DNA of 64,000 nt from contig MU057999.1 in assembly GCA_013265495.1 (NCBI GenBank), forward strand, positions 310,001-374,000. The letters run 5' to 3'. Below, piece by piece: positions 25,666 through 37,097 of the stretch. The notes beneath the pieces are model-generated. The model had not been told where the DNA came from. It saw nothing but the letters and a program-made list of their open reading frames with translations, and did not search any database. Source of the stretch: Vicugna vicugna. Lineage: Eukaryota. The position numbers were made by a program, and so were the translations under genes. The first letter of the stretch is position 1, and every line of letters begins with the position of its first letter.

Positions 25666-27134
25666 TCAACCTCTGGGTGTCCCCTGTCCCCTACCCCTAC
25701 CCAGTTGGTTTCTTACATGTAAACAAAGTCACAAATTATATGCAGGCTTTTAACCAAAAAACCTTTACAAAACCACGCATAATACATTAGTTTTTTTAAC
25801 TAATGTGATATAAGTCTATAAGCATTCATTATTTTTCCTAAACTCAGTCTTTTTACAAGTACTAATCCAATTTGCAATTTTAATTCAGCAAAACTTAATT
25901 CAGCTAGACTAAAAGAGGATTTAGAAAGGCAGGACATTAACAAAAACACAGCATCCTTCTTTGGTTAAAGACTACAAATCCATGTAACAATGTCTGAACA
26001 GTCTGCTAAAAGCAATTCCATTTCAACACTGAGTTGACCTCAAGAGACCTCAAGAAAGTCTTACAAGTTAAAAACATAAAATGAAGTAACAGATAATGGA
26101 TGCTTAAACGAATAATTTTTTTCCTTCAAACACTCAGATGTATCACAAATCGGAGGTGAAATAAAGATGAAAAAAATGTGGTTTTTTGGGCCCATAATAA
26201 CACAAAAGAAACTGAATGTCTAGCTATCTGCAACTACCAAAGACTTCCATTTGGTGCCATTTCTATTAGACCATCCTCTTAGGAGTCATTTTCAGAATCC
26301 AAAGTCCTAACAGGGGAACACTATTATTTTTCAAATTAATTACCCAAATGACAAAGCTAATTAGGTACTACAGAACCACCAACTGACCCAAAGCCAAGTT
26401 CTCCTTCCCCCACAAGGTATTCAAAGTAGGAGAGTGGCCCAGAAATACAGGATCAGTCCGAACTCCAACACATCCAAGACAAAAACCAAAAAAGTACTGA
26501 AGAAGCTAAAAGGTCTGCTCCCTGGAGATTTATTCACGATTGTAAAATATGCTTATTGGTCCCAAGATTTGGAGACTGCCAGAAAAATGTAGTGCTCTTA
26601 TAACCAATCTCTCTCAGTTTAAAAAAAAAAAAAACTATGATAACTGGAAAGTATGAGCACAGTAGTGTGGCCTCTACTAGGGCATCAAAACCACAGCCCG
26701 GGGTTTGCGGGTTTAACCAAAATAAAACGTGGATTTCGAGATACCGAAAATCCAGGACTCTAGAGTGACACGCACAGAAAGGGTCAAAGAAACTCGGAGC
26801 GGCAGGAAGGAAGAGGGAATAAGGCGAAAGGCTGAAGAGACTGTAAGGAGGATGGAATGGGGTGGATCCACCGCGGCCGAGGGGTCCCCGGGTCTTTTCG
26901 CGGCGCGGGGCGGAGGAGAGGGCGGGGGGAGGCCAGAAGGCTGGCCTGGGTCGGGGCCGGGCAGGGACCACACCTCCCGGCCAGCAAGGCAGGCAGAGGC
27001 CGGGGCCCGGAGGCGACCCCGCGCACCGGGAGCCGACTCGCCCGCGGCCCAACGCACGAGGACTGGGCCGGCGGCGGCCGGAAGCACCGGGGCCCGGCCC
27101 GACCTGCCCGCCCGGGCGGAGGGGCCCCACTCAC

Positions 27135-27203
27135 CGATGAGCCGGCGCACCTCGTCCTCGCTCAGGTAGAGGCTCACGCTGGGCCCCGCGGCCGTGGGCG
27201 GCA
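27135..27203 (-). CDS. RYK: RYK exon 1, visible 3' coding part (receptor-like tyrosine kinase, Wnt co-receptor); 5' part and ATG lie in the N gap
   Basis: Minus strand reads PPTAAGPSVSLYLSEDEVRRLI-G, matching the start of the RYK WIF domain (human ...SAGPSVSLYLSEDEVRRLIGLDAE, recalled). Followed by a phase-1 donor G|GTGAGT at 27134-27129. Confidence 0.95.
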
Positions 27204-27444
27204 NNNNNNNNNNNNNNNNNNNNNNNNNNNNNNNNNNNNNNNNNNNNNNNNNNNNNNNNNNNNNNNNNNNNNNNNNNNNNNNNNNNNNNNNNNNNNNNNN
27301 NNNNNNNNNNNNNNNNNNNNNNNNNNNNNNNNNNNNNNNNNNNNNNNNNNNNNNNNNNNNNNNNNNNNNNNNNNNNNNNNNNNNNNNNNNNNNNNNNNNN
27401 NNNNNNNNNNNNNNNNNNNNNNNNNNNNNNNNNNNNNNNNNNNN
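27204..27444. other. Assembly gap (241 N)
   Basis: Run of N inside the CpG island. Confidence 1.
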
Positions 27445-27590
27445 AGCCCCTCACAGCCCCGAGCCGGGGGCGGCCGCCCAGCTCATCGCGCCGCCGGCCC
27501 GTGGCAGCCGGCCGCCGCTTCACACCACCGGAGCGCGCCGCCGCCGCCGCCTCCTCGGCGGCATCGTCCGCTGCGGGGGGCGGGCCGCGG
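27445..27590 (-). other. RYK: RYK 5' UTR / leader, GC-rich, with a short (GGC)n tract and two uORFs; TSS approximate
   Basis: GC-rich sequence directly upstream of the gap that holds the ATG; (CCG)n at 27538-27549; minus-strand ATGs at 27564 and 27486. Confidence 0.65.
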
Positions 27591-29074
27591 AGGCGCGCCC
27601 GTGCGCGCCGCTGCCGCCCCGAGAGCGCGCGCGCACGCACCGCCCGCTCCGCTCCGGCGCTTTGATTTTCCAGTTCCTCCGCGGGCGACGGGGTCTCTGG
27701 TCACCTTCTTAAGGCTAGTGTCCCCGCCCCACGTTGTCACTAGCCTGATATTTGCTCGTCTGTTGTCTGTAACACATACACACACTCCCAGGACGGAGGG
27801 TCCATGCAGGCCCGCGCCGCTCCTACAGCTGAGCAGACCCAGGGAAATGCCTGGATGCGGCTGCTCTGATTGCAAAGAGAAACATGCTTTTTGTTTGGAG
27901 AGAAAATAGAGAAAAATAGAAATCACCTTCTATCCTGCCAACAGAGGTCAACATTAACATTTCTCTGTCTGTTTTCGCAGTTATACATACTATATACATT
28001 TATCTTGCAAGAAGATCTTGCTCAGCAAACTTTAGTAACCTTATTCTTACACGTTACACATTTTTATTTTTAATAATCGTTCGGCGTCTGTATAATCAAC
28101 CTGTATTTGGAGTTGTTACCCCGTGGTCCATGCAGGCTTTAACAGTTCCCCCTACCCCATATGAAATCGTGTCCAAAAGTGTGTGTCTCGCAGCCTGTGC
28201 TGTGTGCAGGCTTGAGCACACACAGAGAAGTGGTATGTACTTATTATTTGTTCTAGGAGTCCCTGTCCCTTGAGGAGGTTAAGAATCACGAATACACCTC
28301 GTCTGTTTTAAAGGCAACTCAGAGAGCCCGTTCACCTCGTGAAGTATTTATGTGAGCCACCCACTGCCGCGGTTAAACCTGCTCCAGGGTCCCTTTCTCT
28401 CTGCGCAGGCTCCCAAGCGTCCGGCCAGGCCCGGGTCACCTGGCCCCTGTGGGCAGGTCCCTGCTCTGCCCCTATACCTCGCATCAGGCCCGCGCCTCTG
28501 GGAACAGCTGCCCCCGGCCAGGCCCAGCTTCAGTGCACAATTGCTGCACCAGCAGTGAGGCCCTGGGAGGCTGCTATTTTTATCCTGTGGGGAGAGTCGG
28601 AGAAAAGAGAGGGGCTCATGAGACGGGAAGTCCTGGAACTTGATTTCTCTCCTTCTTTAGCAAGGGATGGATTCCACTTAGAGATAAACCGGCCTCGAAC
28701 TTCAAGCCTCAGCTCCCCAGCACAGAATACTGTGCCCATGATTCTACAAAAGGAAGCTGGGAAGAGGATGAGGGCTGAGGAAGAGTGCTCCACCAGAGAA
28801 TGATAAAATCACAAAGGTCAGCAAAAATACTTCTTTGGGGGCAAACACTGCTACCTATTGGGGGACCAGAATTCTGTCAAGAAGGGCTTGGGGCTGGGAA
28901 GCTGTGTGAACAGGTTCTCAATTCAGACAGGAAGTGGTTTGTTTGTTTGTTTGTTTAAAGGATGGCATATCCCTGCATGTTTGAAAATGACTCACAGTCC
29001 CCAAGTAAGGAAGCTCCTGTCTTCAAGGCAATCTCCTCTTATCAGTGACTTCTTGAGGTAGTCTGTGATATAAA

Positions 29075-29310
29075 CAGAGCTCAGAGCTGTTTGTCAGTCA
29101 GGCCTGGCTGGGTTCTGGTACTTTTCAGTGGTGTGACCTTGGGAAAATTACTTAAACTCTCTGAGCCTCTGGTTTCCTCATTCATAAAACAGGGGTGATA
29201 ATGCCAGACCCACAGGGCTTTTACAGGATTTAACTGGAGAAGATGTGAGTAAAACACCTAGGCAGACACTGGAGTGGGTGGCTGTCACACCCATTGTTAT
29301 TATTATTATA
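29075..29310 (+). mobile_element. MIR
   Basis: tgtgaccttgggaaaattacttaaactctctgagcctctggtttcctcat. Confidence 0.8.
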
Positions 29311-29557
29311 GTTAATCCCTTCCCTCTAATGACCACTTCCTGGAAAGTTTCCTTGCCAGTTACTTCTAAACCGTTCAAACCAGGGATCCTCAAGAAATTC
29401 ATTCAGTTTAGCATCATGCCTGGCCCAGAGTCAAACTCGAGACATTAATGCCAGACATCACACTTGTCACTGGGACACAGGGGTGAGTAAGGAGCTTCCT
29501 TGAGGAGGTACGACAAATATTTATTGCACATTTTCATCAGTGCTATGAAGAAAAAGT

Positions 29558-29775
29558 TAGTGGCTGTGGAAGTGTGGTTCCCAGACCAGTAGTAGTATCA
29601 CCTGGGAACGTGTGGAAATGCAAGTTCCTAGGTTCCACCCCAGACTCTGCGAAGTGGACTGCAACACACAGAGAAGTGATGTGTACACTTCATCACTTGT
29701 TTTAAGGAGTCCCTGTCCCCCAAAGTGTATCACAGGCCCTCCAGGTGATGCTGACCACTCTGTCGAGAAAATCTC
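29558..29775. mobile_element. MER5A-like hAT element, interrupted at about 29650-29731
   Basis: gtgtggttcccagaccagtagtagtatcacctgggaac...ccaccccagac and caggccctccaggtgatgctga. Confidence 0.7.
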
Positions 29776-29779
29776 AGCT

Positions 29780-30220
29780 CTGAACACTCTCTTCTGGACT
29801 ACTTTAGTTGCCGCCCCACTGCCTCTCTGCTTTCCCTTTATTCCTTTAGCTTGTTCTCAACACAGGAGCCAGAGCCATCCTGTTAAACCTTAGCCAGATT
29901 ATGTCACTCCCTGGCTCTTAGACTGCCAGTGGCTCCCTAATTCGTCTAGAACAAAAGGCCAAGTCCTTACAAGTTGTCAAGGCAGTTCTCACTCTGCCTT
30001 CCTCCCTACCCTTCTGATCTTACCTCCTTCTACTCTCCCCCTCCTCACGTAGCTCCAGTCACAACGGCTTCCTTGCACATCAGGCACAATCCTACCTTAG
30101 GGCCTTTCCCTGTACTCTTCCTCATGCTGGAATGCTCTTCCTCATGTCATCCACATGGCTTCATCTTTCCCTTCTTCAAATCTATACTCAAACATTAACT
30201 TCTGAATAAGATTAAAATTG
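29780..30220 (+). mobile_element. L2 fragment
   Basis: cagattatgtcactccctggctc...ccagtggctccc...ccttagggccttt. Confidence 0.7.
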
Positions 30221-31540
30221 TGACTTCCCAACACTTTAACTCCCCAGAGGAGGAACCAGTTCCCAGTCTCTCTTGTCTCTGTCAGGTACTTGGTCTCACA
30301 CAAAAGTCTTCCTACAACCCCTAACCCATCTCTGAAGGAGTCCCCTCTCCCTCCCTTATCAGGGTATGGGTAGTAATTTTTGAAATTTCCCAGTAAGCCT
30401 CAGTGTGAAAATGCTGGGAAGCCCTGACTCCAGCCTCCTGAGGTTTCTTTGCCTGGAGGAAACCAAGGCAACAGATATGGTCCTACTCTACCCACTGCCC
30501 CGCTCTTGATTTTGCTTGTCACTGTGGTCAACCTTATTCTCCTCTGGGAGACAAATTTCAGAAGCCCCAGAAAATACTATCTGCCCAAGACTTGTTTCAC
30601 TGCTCCTGAAAATGGCCAGCCGTGGGCTTGAGATGCAGCAGGGTGGGTGAGTGGCAGCGCTGGGCCAGCCCGGGTCGGGCGGGAAGGGGTGGGGCCTCCG
30701 GGTTAACGGAAATGACTGGGGTGTTCATGCGTAGACTGATGTCCACTCAGAGTCCCAGCTCGTGTCCACAAGGATAGACGCCAACACACGGAGCCCTGAG
30801 AACAGCTCCCCCACCTGGACTGCGCTCACTCAGCTGGGGCAGGGATCTAAAACAAGGGGACTGGCTCTAAGTTCTGAAAATAGCTCCTTCCTTTGCAAGC
30901 AGCAGTTGGGAACGCTTCTGTGAGCAGTTTACTTTTTAAACCTTCTCCCTCCACAAGTGATAAGTATATTAACCCATTGTGTTGTGAAAGAGTCCAGTGG
31001 CTCGGAAGTACACAGAGGTAAACATGAATATCCCTCTTGACATGAGCCGTCATCTGTCTCCACCACCTCTCAGTTTGGTGTGTGTTCTTAGAGCCTTTTG
31101 TCTGAAAATTTACCTACATATATATGTACTTAGACAGGCAACTCTATATGTGTATGTGGTTTCTTTCAGTTTTTCAGAAATGGGATCGTACCAAAGGTAA
31201 TGGTTGACATGACTTGCTTTTTTCCCTGAACAAAATAAGTTGAGGTCTCGAGGATGCTTGCATTTCATGGTTCTAGTGATGGACCAGACATCCTTGCCCC
31301 TGCATCTTTGTGCATGTATGTAGATATTGAGAAGGGTAGATTCTCAGAAGAGTCGAAGGGAGTTATCTTTTAATGTTGGTAGATTCCACTGAATTGCCCT
31401 CTGAAAGATTTTTACCAATGTAGGCTTCCACCAGTGGTATGTATGAAAGACAAGGTAATGTATCACTGGTTTTCATTTTGCTTTTGACAGTCTGGGGAAA
31501 GAAAAATAACTTGTTTAATCTGCATTTCTCTGATTACTAG

Positions 31541-32019
31541 TGTGAACGAAAAATACTGCAAACCATATCAGTAAACAAAGAATGCTGTAACTATCAAGTC
31601 ATCAGCCACTACGCCCACCCCCCAGTGAAGACAAGCCTGCAGCCCGGCCTCTGCAGCCACTCACAGTGGTGCCCTCTGAGGGGACTCAGAATAAGAAAGG
31701 ACAGGACACTGGCCCTACATAGCTAGGTGCTTGTCAAAGGAATGAATTCAGTGAGCCCAAGTGTTTGCTGCCTCCCATACATAGAAAAGCACTAAATTCT
31801 TAAACTTGAGATGCCTGATTTTCTTTAGATAACAAGCAATCTTTTATTGTTCCAACTACCTCGTCTTTGTTGTAAAGCTCCTATATATCCTAGCTCCTCC
31901 CCTCCCTCTTCGGAGCAGTCCCTCAGAGCCATCTGAGAGGCTGTCATCCCGGCTCAAGTTCTCCTGCCAAATAAAGCATAACTCTCAACTTTCAGGCTGC
32001 GCATTTATTTCAGTCGACA
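31541..32019 (+). mobile_element. Solo LTR (ERV1-like) inserted in an old minus-strand L1
   Basis: TG...CA termini, TATA-like ctatatat near 31881, AATAAA near 31970, 4-bp TSD CTAG/CGAG; host L1 resumes (gattgagcatctt). Confidence 0.8.
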
Positions 32020-32471
32020 CGAGGGAGATTGAGCATCTTCTGGTGGGTATTAACTGCCCACTTAATTTACAGCTTTTGCCTGTTTTTCTAGTGGGTGGTT
32101 TGTCCTTTTTCTTGATTTGTAGTTATTTTCTTTTACTATAATGCTTGTCACTTAACCTTACTTGTGATGTCCTTTACTTAATTTAAATTTTGGATTTTTA
32201 CTTTAGATGAATCTGACAGTCGATTCCTTTATGGCTTCTGCGTTTTGGGTCTTGCTTAAGAAAAACTCCACAATTAATAGTTTTTGTGTTTTCCTAATGC
32301 CTTTGTACCTTAAAAAAATAGCTCCCTAATTCATCTGGAATTTATGTTTATATAGCATAGGACACTATTTTATTTAATTTTTTCATATGGGGAGCCATTT
32401 CTCTCAAACACTATTTATTGCATTTATTGACTATTCCACTCTTAGTTGTTGTAACCAATTGTATTATTCAG

Positions 32472-34410
32472 GTATTAGTCAGGGTTCTCCAGAGAAACAA
32501 TAGGATATAAACATAAATAAATAAGTAAATATATATATTTAGTAAGTAAATAAATATACATATTTTACTTATTTATTATATGTATTATATGTTATACTAT
32601 TTAGAGAATATATTATTATATAGAATTATTATATGGTATATAATAACATACTATATTATTATATAGACATATATAATAATCTATCTATCTATATATAAAG
32701 AGGGAGAGAGGGTAGAAAAGAGATTTACTATGGGACTTGGCTCACATGATTATGGAGGTCAAGAAGTCCCAGGATCTGCTGTCTGCAAGCTGGAGAACCA
32801 GAAAAGCCTGCAGGGTAATTCAGTCTGAATCCAAAGGCTGCAGAAGAGGTTGGGGGCAATGGTGTAATTTAAATCCTAGCTGAAGGCCTGACAACCAGGA
32901 GTGCTGACTTCAGAGGGCAGAAGATAGATGTCTCAGTTCAAGCAGAGAAGGAATTCAAGTTCCTTCTACATTTTTGTTCTTTTCAAGTCGTCCTTGGATC
33001 AGATGAGGCCCACCCTCATTGGTGAAGGTGATCTCTACTCAGTCCACTGATTCAAATGCTAATCTCTTCCGGAGACACCCTCACAGATATATCCAGAAAT
33101 AATATGTTGCCAGCTATCTGAGCATCCCGTATCCCAGTCAAGTGGACACATAAAATTGACCATCACAAGTCCACCTCTTATAAACTTGGCACCCATTCTC
33201 ATCTCCTGAAACTGTACTTAATCTCTAAATAAAACAATAATAAGATCATAGCTCTGCCAGCGTGATACAACTATCCTGTGTGCACCTGAAAACACGCTAA
33301 TTTCTTCCCCAGAAGAGGAGGGAAAACCCTTGAGTGATGTTTATTCTTCTCCTGATATCATGCAACTTACATACTCTGATGTGAAATTAATAAACTGATA
33401 TAAACTCAATACATCTTATGCTACATGACGAAGGAATAAGAATGGAAAGAAATCAAAGATATTTGCTTAATATATGTGTATACTCAAACATTCATAACAA
33501 AATAAATTTTTATTCATAGTGAAGTGTGTTTGGGACAAATGGTTCCCAAATGGAAGAAATAAATATGACAAAATTTATTAAAGTTACACTCCTTATTGCT
33601 ATAGCTGGTCACGTGATTGTAGCTGGTAGTTATAACTACCTTTTTCTCCTGCCCATTCTGTATTCCATTTGCCTTCAGTGAGCACCTCAGCTGGTTTTTG
33701 GTTCTTCATCTGGTAGGATGACCCAAACCTGCATTCCTAAACGGTCTGGCCATTACTAATCTTGCCTGGATCTGAGACAGGATGAAAGGGGGCTGAGCAC
33801 AACCACTGAAGGAGTGACACAGCAACTGAGGACAGGACAAACTGATTAGAACCAAGAGGGCGGAAGATTCAACTTCCAGCCCTTCCTCATGAGCCTCATG
33901 GCACAGCCACAGAGCCATGATAATTCCTAGGCTGACCATAAAGGTCCAAAAGTGGGCAGGGCCCGATTCCTGAAAATCCCTGCCCCTTCCCCAAAGTGGT
34001 TGGAATAATCCTCCTACTCACTAGCATATAAAAATTACCCAGCCCATAAAACCTAAATCTACTACTTTTACTTTTAACCGAACACCCAACACCTCTTGGC
34101 TTCTCTCCCTCTCACCTTTTGAGACGGCCCACATTCTGTTTATGGAATATGTATCTCCTAAGCTCTTTTCCCTTCTGAGTGAGACAGACTCCACTCTGTC
34201 TATGGAGAGTGTTTCTCTCTAAATAGTCTTGCTTTCCCTTTACTATGCCTTGCTCTTGAATTCTTTCCTGAGCGAGGCAAAAACCTATTTATTCTCCAAC
34301 AACAGATTGGATTGTCATAGTCATTGTCATTGACCCTAATCACAGAACATAGTAAACTAAGGGACATCCTAAGAGATCTCCTGTATTCTGAACATACTCT
34401 TCGTTACTTG
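32472..34410 (-). mobile_element. ERVL remnant: MLT2-type 3' LTR (32472-33167, with AT-rich expansion) and internal sequence
   Basis: gtattagtcagggttctccagagaaaca...aaattgaccatcaca LTR, abutting polypurine-tract side agtccacctctt, then ERVL-like internal sequence. Confidence 0.85.
33773..34304 (+). mobile_element. MER41-like ERV1 solo LTR nested in the ERVL internal sequence
   Basis: TG...CA termini, 4-bp TSD GATC/GATT; ggtccaaaag...ttcctgaaa...ccccttcccc...gaataatcc...tagcatata and ttgaattctttcctgagcgag parallel the MER41 consensus as recalled. Confidence 0.7.
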
Positions 34411-36000
34411 TCTTCTGGTTTCCATTGTTGCTTTTGAAAAGTCAGTTGTAACTCTTAACTGCCAGTTTGACTCATTATCTGTCTTTCCTTTATGGCTATT
34501 TAAAGAGATCTCTTCCAGTGGTGTTCCACAGTTTCACTAGGGTGTATGTAAATGTGGCTATCTTTGCATTTACTTTGCTTGAAATTTATTGAGATTCCTG
34601 GATCTGGTGTCTTTTTAAAATTCCAGGAATTTCTCAGCTCCATTTCCCTTATCATCCCTAGACAGTTCGATAGATAAATACCCATTTTTTTTTTCTGAAC
34701 CCTTTGAGCATAGGTTGGAGACATTATGCCCCTGTACCCCTAAGCACTTCGTGGTGCATTTCCTAACAAGGATATTCTCTTTCATAAACATAGTACAATT
34801 TTCAAAATACAGAATTTAACTCTGATTACAATACTATTTTCTAATCCATGGTCCATATTCAAATTTCATCAAGTGTCTCAACAAAGTCTTTGTAATTGTT
34901 TTTTCCTGGTCTGGGATCCAATCCAGATTCACACATTGCATTTTTCTCTCATGTCCTTTTAGTTTCCTTAATCTGAAAAGTTCCTCAACCTTTCTTTTGT
35001 CTGTTCTTGTATTTTGTAGAATGTTACCCAACTGGTGTTGCCTGATGTTTCCTCATGATTAGATTCAGGTTTATACATTTTGGGCAAGAACATCACAGAA
35101 ACCATATATTTTTCTCAATGCATTATATCAGAAGGCAAATGATGTTGGTTTGGCCCAAACTGATGATATTAATCTTGATCACTTGATTACTGTGCTGTCT
35201 GATGCATTTCTTTTTGTAAAATTGCTGTTTTTCCCCTTGCAATTAGTAAGAAATTTGGGTAGAGATACTTTGAGATGATGTAAATCTCTGGTTCTTCATC
35301 AAACTTTTATCCACTAGTTTGATCACCCGTTGATAATTTTCTAACTTTATTATTCGTTCCATATTCAGTTGGCATTCAACCAAAAGGGAGACCTTTCCTT
35401 TTTCTCCTATTTATTTTTATAATTTATTTATATCTGTATGGATTCATGAATTCTTATTTTATTCAATGATTATAATCTCATACTATCATATATTTTCAGC
35501 CTCAAAATATATTTGGGGATATTTGAGATTTGGCCAGTGAGAGCCCCTTCACTTGGTCCCTATGTCTTTTGGTACATCTCTAGCATTGGTTGAGCATTTT
35601 CTTACTTTATGGGACAACAAAATATTCTTGTCTCCTCTTGTACTTTTCTGTCCCAGCTCTGAAATCAGCCCATTTCTCTTAGGAGCCCCAGTTCCTTTTA
35701 GGAGAGAGTGGTATTCAGAGATCAAGATTTGGGAGCTCAAGTATACTTATTGCTACTGGGGTATAATTGGGTCTAGGCCCTCTAAGGAGACAGAGCAAGG
35801 AAATGTACATATTTATGTATGTACATTCCTGTGTGTATATGTGCCCCCCGCCACGGATCTATGAAATCTATGACTTTTCGTCAACACCTCTGATTCCATT
35901 CTCACACCATTTCTTCCTCATTCCCTGTTTGTGACTCCTTTCTCCGACAGACAGAAACCTGGCTCCCACCACCCTCGGTATATCTGCTTATCTATTCAGT
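34410..36000 (-). mobile_element. Old L1ME-like fragments
   Basis: ccattgttgcttttgaaaagtcag; ctgatgtttcctcatgattagattcagg; ttggtccctatgtctttt. Confidence 0.65.
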
Positions 36001-36349
36001 TCTTCCACAGGTAAGCACACTCTTGGTCCTGCTTGCCAAAAATTAGCCCCAGACACACCAATCTCCACCCCGATTCCCTGCTCCCAGGCATGCCAGCCAG
36101 AGCTCTGCCTCCCTGGAGGGGAAGAAAGGAAGGCCAGTTAAAGGCTGGGCCCCTGGCCTGCCACTCCTCCCCTCTGAGGTACACTGGCCAGATGTCAGTC
36201 CTAATTCCCTTTTTATTTGTGTCTGTCATACTGTTCATTTCATCCTTTTCATTTAAAAAAAAATGCTATAGATTTGATTTTAATTTACAAATTCTCAAAT
36301 GGTTACTTTTCTACCACAGCCAGTTCTTGGTTTTTTTTTTTAAATAATA

Positions 36350-36590
36350 ATAATAAAGTATCTAACATTCACTGAGCACTTATTATTGGCTACTTAATCA
36401 AGGTAAGTGTTTATACATGGATTATTTTATTTAATCTGCACAATAATCCTACGATATTGAGATTATTTAAATCCACACTTTATAGATTAGGAAATCGAGG
36501 CACATTCTTTGCCCAATTCCGTCCATACATCTAGAAGGTGGTAGAGCTGGGAATCGATTTCAGGTAGTTTGATCAGGAGCCCAAGTGCAT
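36350..36590 (-). mobile_element. MIR
   Basis: aacattcactgagcactta...ttatagattaggaaatcgaggcaca. Confidence 0.75.
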
Positions 36591-36778
36591 TCTGAAGCAA
36601 CTGCTCACGTGCATTTAAACTCTGGTTTTTGTTCTCATTCTTTCCTCAGTCATCAGTCTTTCTTGTCAAGTTTGCTGCTCTCTTTTAGATATTGGTTTTC
36701 CTCAGATACTTCCTGACTCTTGACTGCCTCCTCCTCCATGGGCTCCTGAACCCGTGTTGGTCCTTGAGGATGCAGGTT

Positions 36779-36937
36779 TATGTATGTATGTATGTATGTA
36801 TGTATGCATGCATGCATGTATGTATGTATATATGTATGTGATGAAGGTACTGGGGATTGAACCCAGGACTTTGCGCATGCTAAGCCATGCACTCTACCAC
36901 TGAGCTAAACCTTCCCCACTGAGCTACACCCTTCCCC
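36779..36937 (-). mobile_element. tRNA-derived SINE with (TATG)n tail and duplicated 5' end
   Basis: ggtactggggattgaacccagg...ctctaccactgagctaaaccttcc-ccactgagctacacccttcccc. Confidence 0.9.
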
Positions 36938-37097
36938 CTTTTTTAAAAGATTTTTTAAACTTTTTTTTCTGGAGGGGGGTAGGTAATTAGGTTTGTTTGT
37001 TTATTTGTTTATTTATTTAAATGGAGGTACTGGGGAATTAAACCAGGGCACCATGCATGCTAAACATGCACTCTACCACTAAGCCCTATGCTTCCCA
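36938..37097 (-). mobile_element. tRNA-derived SINE (second adjacent copy)
   Basis: gggggtaggtaattaggtttg...atggaggtactgggga...ctctaccactaagc. Confidence 0.85.

Larger units (their letters stand above)
1..27134 (-). other. RYK: RYK intron 1 (runs off the left edge of the window)
   Basis: Starts at the GTGAGT donor; the expected exon 2 peptide (GLDAELYYVRNDLISHY...) was not found in the window. Confidence 0.8.
26865..27700. promoter_or_regulatory. CpG island / RYK promoter with GC boxes and a GCGC repeat
   Basis: Very high GC and CpG density against a CpG-poor background; GGGCGG boxes (e.g. near 27578); GCGCGCGCGCACGCAC near 27625. Confidence 0.9.

Noticed and set aside
26905..26970. G-quadruplex-like G runs downstream of exon 1
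   Set aside because: Routine in CpG islands, and on the RYK template strand rather than in the pre-mRNA.
1..27134. RYK exon 2 (GLDAELYYVRNDLISHYALSF...)
   Set aside because: Not found by eye or in the ORF track; probably just left of the window. A TBLASTN search would settle it.
26534..27926. Long overlapping Pro/Arg/Gly/Ala-rich ORFs on both strands
   Set aside because: Expected from stop-codon depletion in a CpG island and read-through of the N gap; only the RYK frame is supported, and it ends at the donor site.
28339..28803. 154-aa plus-strand ORF divergent from the RYK promoter
   Set aside because: GTG start, no recognisable domain, GC-rich island shore; a divergent noncoding transcript cannot be excluded but is unsupported.
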